In this document: in pieces, positions 42,579 through 52,805 of the stretch
Layout: every line of letters starts with the position of its first letter
Numbering within the stretch: the stretch's first letter is position 1
Assembly (NCBI GenBank): GCA_003278855.1
Contig: QCCU01000006.1
Span: 1,578-65,577, forward strand
DNA: 64,000 bases
Source: Prochlorococcus sp. AG-347-M23
Lineage (GTDB): Bacteria > Cyanobacteriota > Cyanobacteriia > PCC-6307 > Cyanobiaceae
Direction of reading: 5' to 3'
Notes under the pieces: model-generated
What the model was told of the DNA's origin: nothing
Seen by the model: the letters and a program-made list of their open reading frames with translations, nothing else
Database searches by the model: none
Program-made: the position numbers and the translations under genes

Positions 42579-42716
42579 ATGGATATTACATTTGCATCAT
42601 TAATTTTTGCATCTCGCACAATCCCTACAGATTTTGGATTAGTAGCTGCAGCTATTGCTGGAGCTGGAAGTTTGCTATTCATCGCTTTAAGATTTGTTCC
42701 TGATGCAGGTAATTAA
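42579..42716 (+). CDS. Small membrane protein (45 aa, not in ORF track; in-frame ATG also at 42561)
   Basis: MDITFASLIFASRTIPTDFGLVAAAIAGAGSLLFIALRFVPDAGN; Ala/Gly-rich TM helix; sequence more GC-rich than its flanks. Confidence 0.7.
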   Translation: MDITFASLIFASRTIPTDFGLVAAAIAGAGSLLFIALRFVPDAGN

Positions 42717-42799
42717 ATAAAAGGGATCATCTTTAAGAAAACATATCTTTATCTAAACTTTGTTTTGCAAAAAGATTTAATTTATTTATCAACTACATA

Positions 42800-43162
42800 A
42801 TGGATAAATGGGTTTTGCTGGAACACGAAGTTTATAATGCTAAGTCTAAAGATATTCATTATGATTTTCTTGTTGAAAATGGAATAGATTGTTTAACTTG
42901 GAAATTTTTAAAACTACCTTTATTAAATCAAGCTTCTATAGAAATTTCTAAGCAGCCAAATCATAGACTTATATGGCTATCCAGGAGAGAACATGAACTT
43001 TCTGATAATAGAGGTTTTGTAAAAAGAATTGATCATGGAATATTTAAAAACGTTTCTACAGACTTAGACTCTGAAAATTATCGATTCATTTTGGATGGTG
43101 AACTTCTTTCTGGTTTGTTTGAAATTTCGGCTAATTCTTGCAGATTGAGCAAAAATTATTAA
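42800..43162 (+). CDS. Hypothetical protein resembling the LigD 3'-phosphoesterase domain
   Basis: VLLEH...HYDFLVE...TW and HRLIWL...DNRGFVKRIDHG pattern. Confidence 0.6.
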   Translation: MDKWVLLEHEVYNAKSKDIHYDFLVENGIDCLTWKFLKLPLLNQASIEISKQPNHRLIWLSRREHELSDNRGFVKRIDHGIFKNVSTDLDSENYRFILDGELLSGLFEISANSCRLSKNY

Positions 43163-43238
43163 TATTCATTTATAAATAAACGTAATATTTCTATTGAGAA
43201 TTTTTGCAAATTAGTTATTCTTATTTAGCTATTGAGAC

Positions 43239-46200
43239 TTGAGATTGGTACATATCAATCAGGTCGAGTTTGAAAATTTTAAATCTTTTGGGGGAAATGT
43301 AAAAATTCCTCTTGAAGAGGGTTTCACAGTGGTTACGGGCCCTAACGGTTCTGGGAAAAGTAATATTTTAGATGGAATTTTATTCTGTTTAGGTCTAGCT
43401 AATAGTAGAGGGATGAGGGCTGAAAGATTACCAGATCTAATAAATAACTCTAAAGTTAAAGAGGGTAAGTCATCAGAAACATCTGTATCAGTAAAATTTA
43501 ATATTCAAGATTGGTCTCCCAGAGAGGACCTTCCGCCTTTAGAACTAGAAGAAGAAGAAATTGCCCTTAATAAAGGTCAAAAAGAATGGGTAGTTTCTAG
43601 AAAATTAAGGCTTATGCCAGGTGGTTCTTATGCTTCTACTTATACTTCTGATGGCAAACAATGTACCTTGCAACAAATACAGAGAATATTAAGAGATATT
43701 AGCGTTGATCCTGAGGGCAGCAATGTTGTTATGCAGGGTGATGTAACAAGAATAGTATCAATGAATAATAAGGAGAGGAGAAATCTTATTGATGAATTAG
43801 CAGGAGTAGCACTTTTTGATACAAGAATAGAACAAACTAATGCAAAATTAAATGACGTTTTTGAAAGACAAGAAAGATGTGAAATTTTGGAAAATGAATT
43901 GCAATCTAGTAAAAATAAGCTTGAAAAAGAATGTGATAAAGCAAAGCGGTATAAAGAGTTAAAGGCAAAACTATTACAAATAATAGAACTAGAGAAAGTC
44001 CTTATCTTTGAAAAACAAGTTAAGCATGTTGAATCTATAGAAAAAAAAGAAAGTGAAATTGAAAAAAATAAAATCTTGTTTAATAAAGAAAAGGAATCTA
44101 TTAGAAAAGAAATATTAGTTTTAGAAGATGCTTTGAAAATACTTGTTGATGAGCTTAAGGAGAAAGGAGAGGATAAATTGATAAAAGTTAATTCTGATAT
44201 TGGAAGTATTAATTCTAGCTTGAGAGAACTGGATAGGATATCAAGTCTGAATAAAGAAGAAGGTATTAAATTACAAAAACAGAGAGATGAAATTGCAATT
44301 TCTAAGAGGAATATCGAGTCAGAAAAGATGAGACAAGAAAATTTCGATGATAATTTTTTAAATCAATTGAACTTGCAAATTGACGATCTCACTTTAAAAC
44401 ACAAACTATCAAGAAAAAAACTTTCTGATGCGGCTGGAGAATCTGGAGAATTCTCAAAACAAAGTATCAAATTAAATGCTGAGCTTGAAAGTATAAAGAA
44501 TCAAATTAATCCTTTGGAAATAAAAAAAAGGAAAATTGAAGAAGAAACTATTCAAAATAATATTCAAAAAAGTGAGATATTGTCACAGATCGAATCCTTA
44601 GATTTAGAAAAGCAGAAACTTTTTCAGGGAAATCAAAGAAAAAAAGAGACATCCGATACAAAGAATAAAAACTTGGCAAGTAATAACACAGAAATTAATT
44701 CTTTAAAAAATGAAATCGATTTATTAATTAAGACAAAATCAAGGCTAAACAACGAGCAATTAAGGCTTGAAAAGGATTTATCTAGATTTGAAAGCAGGAA
44801 GGAGGCTTTAAACGAATCTAGAGGTTCATATGCTCTCAGAATTCTCTTAGAGGCAGGGTTAGAGGGTATACATGGTTATGTAGCTCAACTTGGAGAGGTC
44901 AGTGAGAAAAATAGATATGCATTAGAAATTGCTGCTGGAAATAGGTTAGGACAAATTGTTGTTGATAATGATCATATTGCTGCAAAAGCAATTGAAATTC
45001 TTAAAAAGAAGAAAGCGGGCAGATTAACTTTTTTACCTTTAAATAGAATTAAAAGTCAAAAAAAGAATTATGCAATTTCAAGATTTGAAAATAACAGGGA
45101 GAATGGATTTATTGATAAAGCTATTAATCTAATTAATTTTGATGAAGTTTATGCAGATGTTTTTCGATATGTTTTTGGAGATACTTTGGTTTTTTCAGAT
45201 TTATCCTCAGCTAGGTTATCTACACAAAAAAATAGGTTGGTTACCTTAAGTGGTGAATTATTAGAAGCAAGTGGAGCTATTACAGGAGGCAGTAAGTTAA
45301 ATAAAGATTTGGCTTATAGGTTTGGAATTAATAATGATAATGATGATTCAAGTCCTATAAAAGAAAGATTATTAGTTATCGAAGAAGCTTTAAAAGAGTC
45401 AAATAATGATTTGATACTAAAAAATAATAGACTTAGTATATTAAATTCTAACCGCAGTCAAATAATTGAGGATTGTGCCTCATTTAATAAAGAAATTGAA
45501 GTAAATCTAGATTCTCTTAAAGCTGTCTCGCAAAGAATTGAGGATTGTAAATCGAGAGTAAATAAACTTGATACTGCTAATAATTTATTAGTTAACGAGT
45601 TAGGTCATTTAAAAAATCAATTGAGGCCTTATCACGATAAGTGTGATCAACTACAAACCATTCAAAAGGCAAATTATGAGAAAAATCAAAAATCATCATT
45701 AATATCTTTTAATGACGATTTTAATAATCTTGATAAAAAACTTGAATTACTTATTAAAGAGAGAAATACATTACTAGATAAAAAGAATCAATTTGCTTTA
45801 AATAAAGAGCGTATCAATAATTCATTAAAAATTACTTTACTACAAGAAAAAAACTTGCAGGAATCTATTAAACAACTCGCAATTGCTCATAGTGAATGGA
45901 TAGAAAAAAGGGATCAATTTAAAAAAGAGCTTTCAGATCTCGATAATCAAAAAAATTCTCTAGAGAAGAATTTAGGTTTATTGAGAAGGAAAAGAGATGA
46001 ATTAAACTCTTCAATTTCAAATAAAAGGCAAGAATATAATAACTATCTGTTAAAGCTTGAATATCTTGAAAGGGATATGCATTCCCTTAAAGAAGAGATG
46101 AGGAGCGAGAAAATAAAATTAGAAAATTATAAAAAAGATCTACCTAATCCTTCCCCTGAGTTTGGAGAATATGAAGGGAAGAGTCTTGAATCTTTGCAAT

Positions 46201-46829
46201 CAGAAATTTCGATTATAAATGCAAAACTAGAAAGCTTAGAACCTGTCAATATGTTAGCTCTTGATGAACTAGAAGAATTAATTGAGAGATTAAATGGTTT
46301 GCGAGAAAAATTGGAAATTCTATCTAATGAAAGATCTGAATTATTGCTGAGAATAGAAACTGTATCTACAATGCGTCAAGAAGCTTTTATGCAAGCATTT
46401 AAAGAAGTTGATAGACATTTTAGAGAAATTTTTGCAAATTTATCTGATGGAGATGGATTCCTTCAACTTGAAAATCCTAATTCTCCTTTAGAAGGAGGAT
46501 TAACTTTAGTGGCTCATCCCAAGGGAAAAAATGTCAGAAGATTAGCGTCTATGTCAGGTGGTGAAAAATCGTTAACTGCTTTAAGTTTTTTATTTGCTTT
46601 GCAAAAGTATAAGCCTTCACCTTTTTATGCATTAGACGAGGTTGATAGTTTTTTAGATGGTATTAATGTTGAAAGGTTGTCAAAACTAATATCAAATCAG
46701 TCATCAAATGCTCAATTTATAGTCGTAAGTCATAGAAGGCCTATGATTAGTGCATCTGAACGAACAATTGGGGTTGCGCAAGCAAGAGGTGCTAATACTC
46801 AAGTTCTTGGGTTACCAAATGCTGCATAA
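43239..46829 (+). CDS. smc: Chromosome segregation protein SMC
   Basis: GPNGSGKSN Walker A, long coiled coils, hinge (AAGNRL, GRLTFLPL), MSGGEKS, LDEVDS. Confidence 0.98.
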   Translation: MRLVHINQVEFENFKSFGGNVKIPLEEGFTVVTGPNGSGKSNILDGILFCLGLANSRGMRAERLPDLINNSKVKEGKSSETSVSVKFNIQDWSPREDLPPLELEEEEIALNKGQKEWVVSRKLRLMPGGSYASTYTSDGKQCTLQQIQRILRDISVDPEGSNVVMQGDVTRIVSMNNKERRNLIDELAGVALFDTRIEQTNAKLNDVFERQERCEILENELQSSKNKLEKECDKAKRYKELKAKLLQIIELEKVLIFEKQVKHVESIEKKESEIEKNKILFNKEKESIRKEILVLEDALKILVDELKEKGEDKLIKVNSDIGSINSSLRELDRISSLNKEEGIKLQKQRDEIAISKRNIESEKMRQENFDDNFLNQLNLQIDDLTLKHKLSRKKLSDAAGESGEFSKQSIKLNAELESIKNQINPLEIKKRKIEEETIQNNIQKSEILSQIESLDLEKQKLFQGNQRKKETSDTKNKNLASNNTEINSLKNEIDLLIKTKSRLNNEQLRLEKDLSRFESRKEALNESRGSYALRILLEAGLEGIHGYVAQLGEVSEKNRYALEIAAGNRLGQIVVDNDHIAAKAIEILKKKKAGRLTFLPLNRIKSQKKNYAISRFENNRENGFIDKAINLINFDEVYADVFRYVFGDTLVFSDLSSARLSTQKNRLVTLSGELLEASGAITGGSKLNKDLAYRFGINNDNDDSSPIKERLLVIEEALKESNNDLILKNNRLSILNSNRSQIIEDCASFNKEIEVNLDSLKAVSQRIEDCKSRVNKLDTANNLLVNELGHLKNQLRPYHDKCDQLQTIQKANYEKNQKSSLISFNDDFNNLDKKLELLIKERNTLLDKKNQFALNKERINNSLKITLLQEKNLQESIKQLAIAHSEWIEKRDQFKKELSDLDNQKNSLEKNLGLLRRKRDELNSSISNKRQEYNNYLLKLEYLERDMHSLKEEMRSEKIKLENYKKDLPNPSPEFGEYEGKSLESLQSEISIINAKLESLEPVNMLALDELEELIERLNGLREKLEILSNERSELLLRIETVSTMRQEAFMQAFKEVDRHFREIFANLSDGDGFLQLENPNSPLEGGLTLVAHPKGKNVRRLASMSGGEKSLTALSFLFALQKYKPSPFYALDEVDSFLDGINVERLSKLISNQSSNAQFIVVSHRRPMISASERTIGVAQARGANTQVLGLPNAA

Positions 46830-46874
46830 ACACACTTTTTTAAATTTATACGTCAGAATGATAAAAAGAAATTT

Positions 46875-47930
46875 ATGAGCTTGTCTAACACATCTGCTAA
46901 TAAGAATCTCCCTAACTCGGTTCCTAGTGAACGTTTATGGTTAAGGTCAGAATTAATGGGAACACAAGTGATAACTACTGATACTGGAAGACGGCTAGGC
47001 GTAGTTGGCGAAGTTGTTGTTGATATTGATAGAAGAGAGGTGGTCGCTTTAGGACTAAGAGATAATCCACTTACAAGATTTTTACCAGGTTTGCCAAAAT
47101 GGATGCCTTTAGAAAGTATTAAGCAAGTTGGAGATGTTATATTAGTTGACTCCCTAGATTCTTTGAGTGAAAGTTTTTCTCCAGAAAGGTATGGGAAGGT
47201 AATTAATTGTCAAGTGATTACAGAATCTGGACAACTTCTGGGAAGAGTTCTTGGCTTTTCTTTTGATATTGAGACTGGGGATTTGATATCTCTTGTTATG
47301 GGTGCTGTTGGTGTGCCGCTTTTAGGCGAGGGAGTTTTAAGTACTTGGGAAATACCTGTTGAGGAAATTGTAAGTAGTGGTACTGATAGGATTATTGTTT
47401 ATGAAGGTGCGGAAGAAAAACTGAAGCAACTAAGTAGTGGACTACTTGAGAAACTTGGAGTCGGGGGTTCTTCATGGGATGAAAGAGAAGTCAATGGATA
47501 CTCAGCAAATCTTGTACCTGTTGAGAATCAGTTACTTTCAGGTTCTGAATCAGAACAGCAAAACAATTTGGTCGAGGAATATGAAGAAGTTCTTGAACAA
47601 GATGATTATGAAGATGATTATGAAAATGATTATGAAGATGAATTTGAATATGTTGAAATAAAGGGTTCTGAAGAAGAACTAAATAATAGAAAAAAGCTAT
47701 ACATGGATAATGATGATTCTGATCAGATCCAGAATCAAAATATTGTTAATCAAATAGATGAAAAAAACAATATTGATTTAAAGCAAAAAAAACAATCAAC
47801 TACTAATTTAGCTTCTAAAAGACCAATTCAAAATGCAACTGAAACTTTAGATATTGAACCACTAAACGAACAAAATTTAGTTCAAGATAATAAAAAATCA
47901 GAAAAGTTTGAAATTGATGATCCCTGGTAA
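46875..47930 (+). CDS. PRC-barrel domain protein with acidic disordered tail
   Basis: Two PRC-barrel repeats (GTQVITTDTGRRLGVV; NCQVITESGQLLGRV). Confidence 0.88.
   Translation: MSLSNTSANKNLPNSVPSERLWLRSELMGTQVITTDTGRRLGVVGEVVVDIDRREVVALGLRDNPLTRFLPGLPKWMPLESIKQVGDVILVDSLDSLSESFSPERYGKVINCQVITESGQLLGRVLGFSFDIETGDLISLVMGAVGVPLLGEGVLSTWEIPVEEIVSSGTDRIIVYEGAEEKLKQLSSGLLEKLGVGGSSWDEREVNGYSANLVPVENQLLSGSESEQQNNLVEEYEEVLEQDDYEDDYENDYEDEFEYVEIKGSEEELNNRKKLYMDNDDSDQIQNQNIVNQIDEKNNIDLKQKKQSTTNLASKRPIQNATETLDIEPLNEQNLVQDNKKSEKFEIDDPW
47601..47648 (+). repeat. Four 12-bp tandem repeats (DDYE/DDYE/NDYE/DEFE)
   Basis: GATGATTATGAA GATGATTATGAA AATGATTATGAA GATGAATTTGAA. Confidence 0.9.
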
Positions 47931-47933
47931 TTG

Positions 47934-49199
47934 TTAAAGTTTCTTTATTGAATTAACAATTATAGAAGCAAGTTTTTTAGCAGCACCTTTATCACCTCTT
48001 TCTTTTTTTAGATTATCCCTAATACTTTTTAATTGACCTTTATTTTTAATAAGAAATAATACTTCTCTTGCAATTTTTATTGTCGAAATATTACCTATCC
48101 TTTCAGGGACTATCATTCTTTTAGCTTTAATATTTGGCCAAGCAAAAAACTTCTTTTTTTTTAAATAAAATTTTTTAATTATAAAAGTTAGGAATCTATT
48201 TATTAATGAAATTTTTCCAACTACTCCAAAAATACCATCCCAAGCGTTCATCATATTTAAATGTTGAGTTGGCAGAACAACTAACATTGGAAGACTAATT
48301 GCTGCCAATTCTGCAGTATTTGCTCCTACAGTTGTAATTGCAAGATCACATTCTTTTAATATTTCATAGCAAGGATGTTTCTTGATTAGATAAATCTTTG
48401 TTTTTTTTGATGTTTCAATTACATAATCAAAACTAGAGTCTTTGAAGTTTTTAATTGTTTTGATTTTTGATGAGTAATATTTAGCAATTGGATTTTTGTT
48501 GCTTTGAAAAAATAAATATTCACTTTTATCAGTAGTTGGTGCAATGGGGATTATAAATTTTATATTTTGATTTTCTTTAGCGATATGATCTGCAACTTCT
48601 AAGAAGAAAGGAATTCCAACAGAAAGCTTTGCTTTCTTAGAACCAGGCAATAATGCAATGTAGTGTTTTTCTTTATTTCTTAGTGATATTTCGCTATTAA
48701 CTTTGATATCTGCCATCAAATCGCCAATTACTTTACATTTATATTTATATCTTTTAGGTATTAACTCTTTTACTTTTACATTCATAGCAGCAATTTCATT
48801 GGTCCATTTAGGCCATCGTGAAACCCATTCAGCATATGTGATATTTAAATAACCTAATCTTTTAGCTAATAAAATGCTCCAAAATTGATCTCCACCAAGG
48901 AAAATAACTAACCCTTTTTTTGGCCAATCAGCAAAAGAATGCGGCTTTATCAATAATTTCCAAAAACTTTTGGATTTTGTAATTAATTCGAATTTATTCC
49001 ATGAATTTGCAACTAAAAATTCTTTACCAGTGGCATTTGGGCAAGGAACAAGGACTAACCTAAGAGTGAAATCTTGTTTATCTTCATCACATAGTGATTT
49101 ATTTATTTTGTTAAGCTCATCCACTACAGGATTTACCCATGTAGTTAATTCACCAGGACCATTGGAAATTATAACTACTGCAACTGATTCTTTTTTCAT
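47934..49199 (-). CDS. Lipid-A-disaccharide synthase-related glycosyltransferase (LpxB-like)
   Basis: SNGPGE, LLPGSK, GANTAE, AWPN; start trimmed to ATG 49199 because the longer ORF runs through the tRNA. Confidence 0.82.
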   Translation of the reverse strand: MKKESVAVVIISNGPGELTTWVNPVVDELNKINKSLCDEDKQDFTLRLVLVPCPNATGKEFLVANSWNKFELITKSKSFWKLLIKPHSFADWPKKGLVIFLGGDQFWSILLAKRLGYLNITYAEWVSRWPKWTNEIAAMNVKVKELIPKRYKYKCKVIGDLMADIKVNSEISLRNKEKHYIALLPGSKKAKLSVGIPFFLEVADHIAKENQNIKFIIPIAPTTDKSEYLFFQSNKNPIAKYYSSKIKTIKNFKDSSFDYVIETSKKTKIYLIKKHPCYEILKECDLAITTVGANTAELAAISLPMLVVLPTQHLNMMNAWDGIFGVVGKISLINRFLTFIIKKFYLKKKKFFAWPNIKAKRMIVPERIGNISTIKIAREVLFLIKNKGQLKSIRDNLKKERGDKGAAKKLASIIVNSIKKL

Positions 49200-49224
49200 T
49201 GCAGTTAAACCAGAATACATTAAA

Positions 49225-49306
49225 TGCGGACGGCGAGACTTGAACTCGCAAGGCCGAAGCCACACGCTCCTTAGACGTGCGCGTCTACCAATTCCGCCAC
49301 GTCCGC
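49225..49306 (-). tRNA. tRNA-Leu, anticodon AAG, long variable arm, CCA not encoded
   Basis: GCGGACG-TG-GCGGAATTGGTAGACGC-G-CACGT-CTAAGGA-GCGTG-TGGCTTCGGCCTT-GCGAG-TTCAAGT-CTCGC-CGTCCGC-A. Confidence 0.96.
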
Positions 49307-49566
49307 AAAGGGTTTTCAGCAGCCGTGGGATGCTTAAACCTAAAAATATCATACATTATTGGCTGAATTAAGCATGTAGTTCTAAAAGAGTTTTTTTTGA
49401 ATATGATGAATAATTTTTCTATTGCATAAAACAAATATTTATACATATATAACGTTTTAGGTTGTATTGTAAAAAATGTCCTCTGATAACTAAAAAATTT
49501 TGTTGAATACTTTGGCAAATAATTTTTTATTTTAAGTCATTTCATTTCTTCAATTTTATTTTCATA

Positions 49567-50913
49567 ATGGTTGAAAAAGTTTTAATTGCTAATCGTGGAG
49601 AAATAGCTTTACGAATTGTCAGAAGTTGTAGAGAACTAGGTATTGCAACCGTTGCAGTTTTTAGCACTGTAGATAAAAAAGCATTGCATGTTCAGCTTGC
49701 TGATGAGGCGGTTTGCGTAGGAGATTCATTAAGTAATAAAAGTTATTTAAATATTCCAAATATACTTGCTGCTGCTACATCGAGAGGAGTTGATGCTATT
49801 CATCCTGGTTATGGATTTCTTGCAGAAAATGATAAATTTGCTGAGATGTGTAATGATCACGGCATAGTTTTTATTGGCCCATCTCCTAAAGCTATTAGAT
49901 CTATGGGAGATAAATCTACAGCTAAAGAAACTATGGAAGCAGTTGGAGTTCCAACAGTACCTGGTAGTAAAGGCTTGTTATCAAATGTTGATGAGGCTTA
50001 TAAATTGGCAGATGATATTGGCTATCCGGTAATTATTAAAGCCACTGCTGGAGGAGGTGGAAGAGGTATGAGGTTGGTTGAAAACTCTGATAATCTAGAA
50101 AAAATGTTTAAAGCTGCTCAAGGCGAAGCAGAAGCAGCTTTTGGTAATGATGGTTTATATATGGAGAAATTTATAAAGAAGCCAAGACATGTAGAAATTC
50201 AAATTTTGGCGGACAGGTCGGGAAATGTTGTTCATTTAGGAGAGCGAGATTGTTCAGTTCAAAGAAGACATCAGAAGTTACTAGAGGAGTCTCCTAGTCC
50301 TGCAATTAATACTGAGCTAAGAAAAAAAATGGGGAATGCAGCTATTGCTGCTGCAAAAAGTATCGGCTACGAAGGGGCGGGGACAGTTGAATTTTTAGTT
50401 GATGATGATAATTTTTATTTTATGGAGATGAATACTAGGATTCAAGTTGAACATCCTGTTACTGAAATGGTTACAGGAGTTGATTTAATAGCTGAGCAAA
50501 TTAAAATCGCAAGCGGAGCAAACTTGGAATTTAATCAGGATGATATCCATTTAAATGGACATGCCATTGAATGTAGAATCAATGCTGAAGATCCTTCTCA
50601 CAATTTCCGACCATCACCCGGAAAAATAACTGGGTGGCTTCCTCCTGGTGGGCCTGGGGTAAGGGTGGATAGTCATGTCTATACAGGCTATGAAATCCCT
50701 CCTTTCTATGACTCATTAATTGGTAAATTAATAGTCTGGGGGAAGGATCGTAATACTGCAATTAAACGTATGAATAGGGCTTTAAATGAATGTGCAGTAA
50801 CTGGTATTCCTACAACAATTAACTTTCATCTAACATTACTGAATAAATCTAAATTTAAGCAGGGTAAGATACATACTAAATATGTAGAAGAAGAATTATT
50901 GCCAAATTACTGA
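49567..50913 (+). CDS. accC: Acetyl-CoA carboxylase biotin carboxylase
   Basis: [35 protein letters not shown]. Confidence 0.98.
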   Translation: MVEKVLIANRGEIALRIVRSCRELGIATVAVFSTVDKKALHVQLADEAVCVGDSLSNKSYLNIPNILAAATSRGVDAIHPGYGFLAENDKFAEMCNDHGIVFIGPSPKAIRSMGDKSTAKETMEAVGVPTVPGSKGLLSNVDEAYKLADDIGYPVIIKATAGGGGRGMRLVENSDNLEKMFKAAQGEAEAAFGNDGLYMEKFIKKPRHVEIQILADRSGNVVHLGERDCSVQRRHQKLLEESPSPAINTELRKKMGNAAIAAAKSIGYEGAGTVEFLVDDDNFYFMEMNTRIQVEHPVTEMVTGVDLIAEQIKIASGANLEFNQDDIHLNGHAIECRINAEDPSHNFRPSPGKITGWLPPGGPGVRVDSHVYTGYEIPPFYDSLIGKLIVWGKDRNTAIKRMNRALNECAVTGIPTTINFHLTLLNKSKFKQGKIHTKYVEEELLPNY

Positions 50914-50931
50914 GAAATAATTAAATGATTT

Positions 50932-51246
50932 CTATGAAATATGTGTATGCAATGCAAGTTTTATAAGCCCTTGCTGACCGACTAATATTTCTCTTAAAAA
51001 GCTTATAAATCCGATCCAAATTACGGGTCCAACATCAACGCCTCCAATAGGAGGAATTAGTTTTCTTGTTAAATTAAGAATAGAGCTTGATGGCATTGAA
51101 ACTAATAACCATAAACCTTTACTTAAATCAATTTTTGGGTACCAAGTAAGTATTAATCTTATTAGAAAAACTATAGTTAGATATGAAAGAGAAATTCCTA
51201 AACTAATATCTAAAATTTGAAGAGAGTTTACAAGCAAGGAAATCAC
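50932..51246 (-). CDS. YggT family (Ycf19-like) membrane protein
   Basis: RLILTWYP, IPPIGGVDVGPVI. Confidence 0.88.
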   Translation of the reverse strand: MISLLVNSLQILDISLGISLSYLTIVFLIRLILTWYPKIDLSKGLWLLVSMPSSSILNLTRKLIPPIGGVDVGPVIWIGFISFLREILVGQQGLIKLALHTHIS

Positions 51247-51327
51247 AATTATTTAATTCATCTTAATAAATAACCCATTGAAACGTATTTAATTCGTATT
51301 ATAAATTGAGAATTTAATATTTAAAAA

Positions 51328-51513
51328 GTGTTTCAAATCTCAAATTTATTACTAGCCGCAGATTTTTCTGCTGAAGTTGCAAATAATTCCGCAGTGGGAA
51401 TGATAGGTAGTTTTATTGCTGCTGCCTTACTTATCGTTATTCCTGCCACTGCATTTTTGATTTTTGTCAGCCAGAAAGATTCCCTCGATCGTACTTCTAC
51501 TGGAAGACGCTAG
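51328..51513 (+). CDS. psbX: Photosystem II protein X
   Basis: Single TM followed by FVSQKD; N-terminal extension. Confidence 0.88.
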   Translation: MFQISNLLLAADFSAEVANNSAVGMIGSFIAAALLIVIPATAFLIFVSQKDSLDRTSTGRR

Positions 51514-51591
51514 TTTTTGTAGAAGTTTTAAGTACACTATATATAGGGGATATAAGTAACCCTTTAAAAAATAAATTTTTGGAGAAAGAAT

Positions 51592-52521
51592 GTGGTCAAT
51601 GCTAGTCTCAATTGGGCCAGTATTGTTGGTATAGTTCTGGCGGTATGCGGAGGCGGCCTTTATTTTTTGAGGTCCTTTAAGCCTGCCTTGGCGCGGGATT
51701 ATGATGTTTTTTTCGCAGCAATTGGACTTTTGTGCGGAGGAATATTATTTTTTCAAGGTTGGAGGTTAGATCCTATCCTTCAGTTTGGTCAGTTTTTATT
51801 AGCAGGAACTACAGTTTTTTTCGCATATGAAAGTGTGCGATTGAGGGGAGTTGCTACTGATCAAGCTAGAAGGTCATCTTATTTTGATGATGATCCTATT
51901 TCTGATGTTCCAAGAAATTCTAGAGGTCGATTCAATGACGATTATGATAGGTTTGAAGAATCTGAAAGACCATCTAGAAGATTTAAACCTCAAGAAGATG
52001 AATTTGAAGAAGACTATACGGAGGGGAGACCTCGTAGGAGGAATGTTTCAAGAGCCATACCCTCTGCTGCAGCAAGTAGAAGTAGGCCATCTACAAGGGA
52101 GATAAGTCAGTTTGAAAATGACGAGCCTTTAAGAAGGAGAAGAAAGACTTCTGAAGATAGAAATAGGATACAACCAGAAACAAATAACTTTGGTGAAAGA
52201 AGAAATTTGTCTCGCGATGAGGTTAAAACAGGTTCGAGACCCACAATGAATCGTACAGTTTCTCGACGAGATAATACCTCTACCCCTGGCGATTCTTCTC
52301 CATTAAGAAAGAAACCTAATAGATCTCCTATTAGACAGCAAACTTCTGCAGCTCAAGTAGAAGATGCTTCATTTAAAGATGCTAATCAAGCTAAAAAAAC
52401 ACGTGAAACTCGTAGAGTAAGCTCATCAGCTAGATCAAGTTCAAAAAATCAAAATAGTAGATATAACGTTGGAACAAACAAGAAAAAACCAAGAGATAAC
52501 AGTTCTAGATTTGATGATTAA
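51592..52521 (+). CDS. ycf66: Ycf66 family protein with Arg/Ser-rich disordered tail
   Basis: ARDYDVFF, QGWRLDPILQFGQ, ESVRLRG. Confidence 0.92.
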   Translation: MVNASLNWASIVGIVLAVCGGGLYFLRSFKPALARDYDVFFAAIGLLCGGILFFQGWRLDPILQFGQFLLAGTTVFFAYESVRLRGVATDQARRSSYFDDDPISDVPRNSRGRFNDDYDRFEESERPSRRFKPQEDEFEEDYTEGRPRRRNVSRAIPSAAASRSRPSTREISQFENDEPLRRRRKTSEDRNRIQPETNNFGERRNLSRDEVKTGSRPTMNRTVSRRDNTSTPGDSSPLRKKPNRSPIRQQTSAAQVEDASFKDANQAKKTRETRRVSSSARSSSKNQNSRYNVGTNKKKPRDNSSRFDD

Positions 52522-52797
52522 TTATAAGATTCCTGCCCATTTTAAAAACGATTGTTTACTAAATAATTCAATTAATATTATTGCAAGGAAGCCAATCATT
52601 GCGAACCTTCCATTAGTTATTTCAGAATAACTACTCCAACCAAATTTATATTCATCTTTAATTTCTACAGATTCTTCATCTAATTTATCTTCTCTAATTT
52701 GTTCATCGATGTAATTTGAATTTTTCTGTTGTTCTACATAACTATCATTCTCTAAATTAGTGACTTCTGAGTTAGTTTGTTCTTCTTTAGAATTCAT
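52522..52797 (-). CDS. hli: High-light-inducible protein (Hlip)
   Basis: EITNGRFAMIGF chlorophyll-binding motif. Confidence 0.92.
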   Translation of the reverse strand: MNSKEEQTNSEVTNLENDSYVEQQKNSNYIDEQIREDKLDEESVEIKDEYKFGWSSYSEITNGRFAMIGFLAIILIELFSKQSFLKWAGIL

Positions 52798-52805
52798 TTT
52801 TTTTG

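Noticed and set aside
49200-49352. 51-aa N-terminal extension of the lpxB-like ORF
   Set aside because: It is the tRNA-Leu sequence read in frame; the real start is most likely ATG 49199
48970-49518. ORFs 48970-49371 (+) and 49285-49518 (-)
   Set aside because: They overlap the tRNA, the real CDS or promoter DNA and have no protein features
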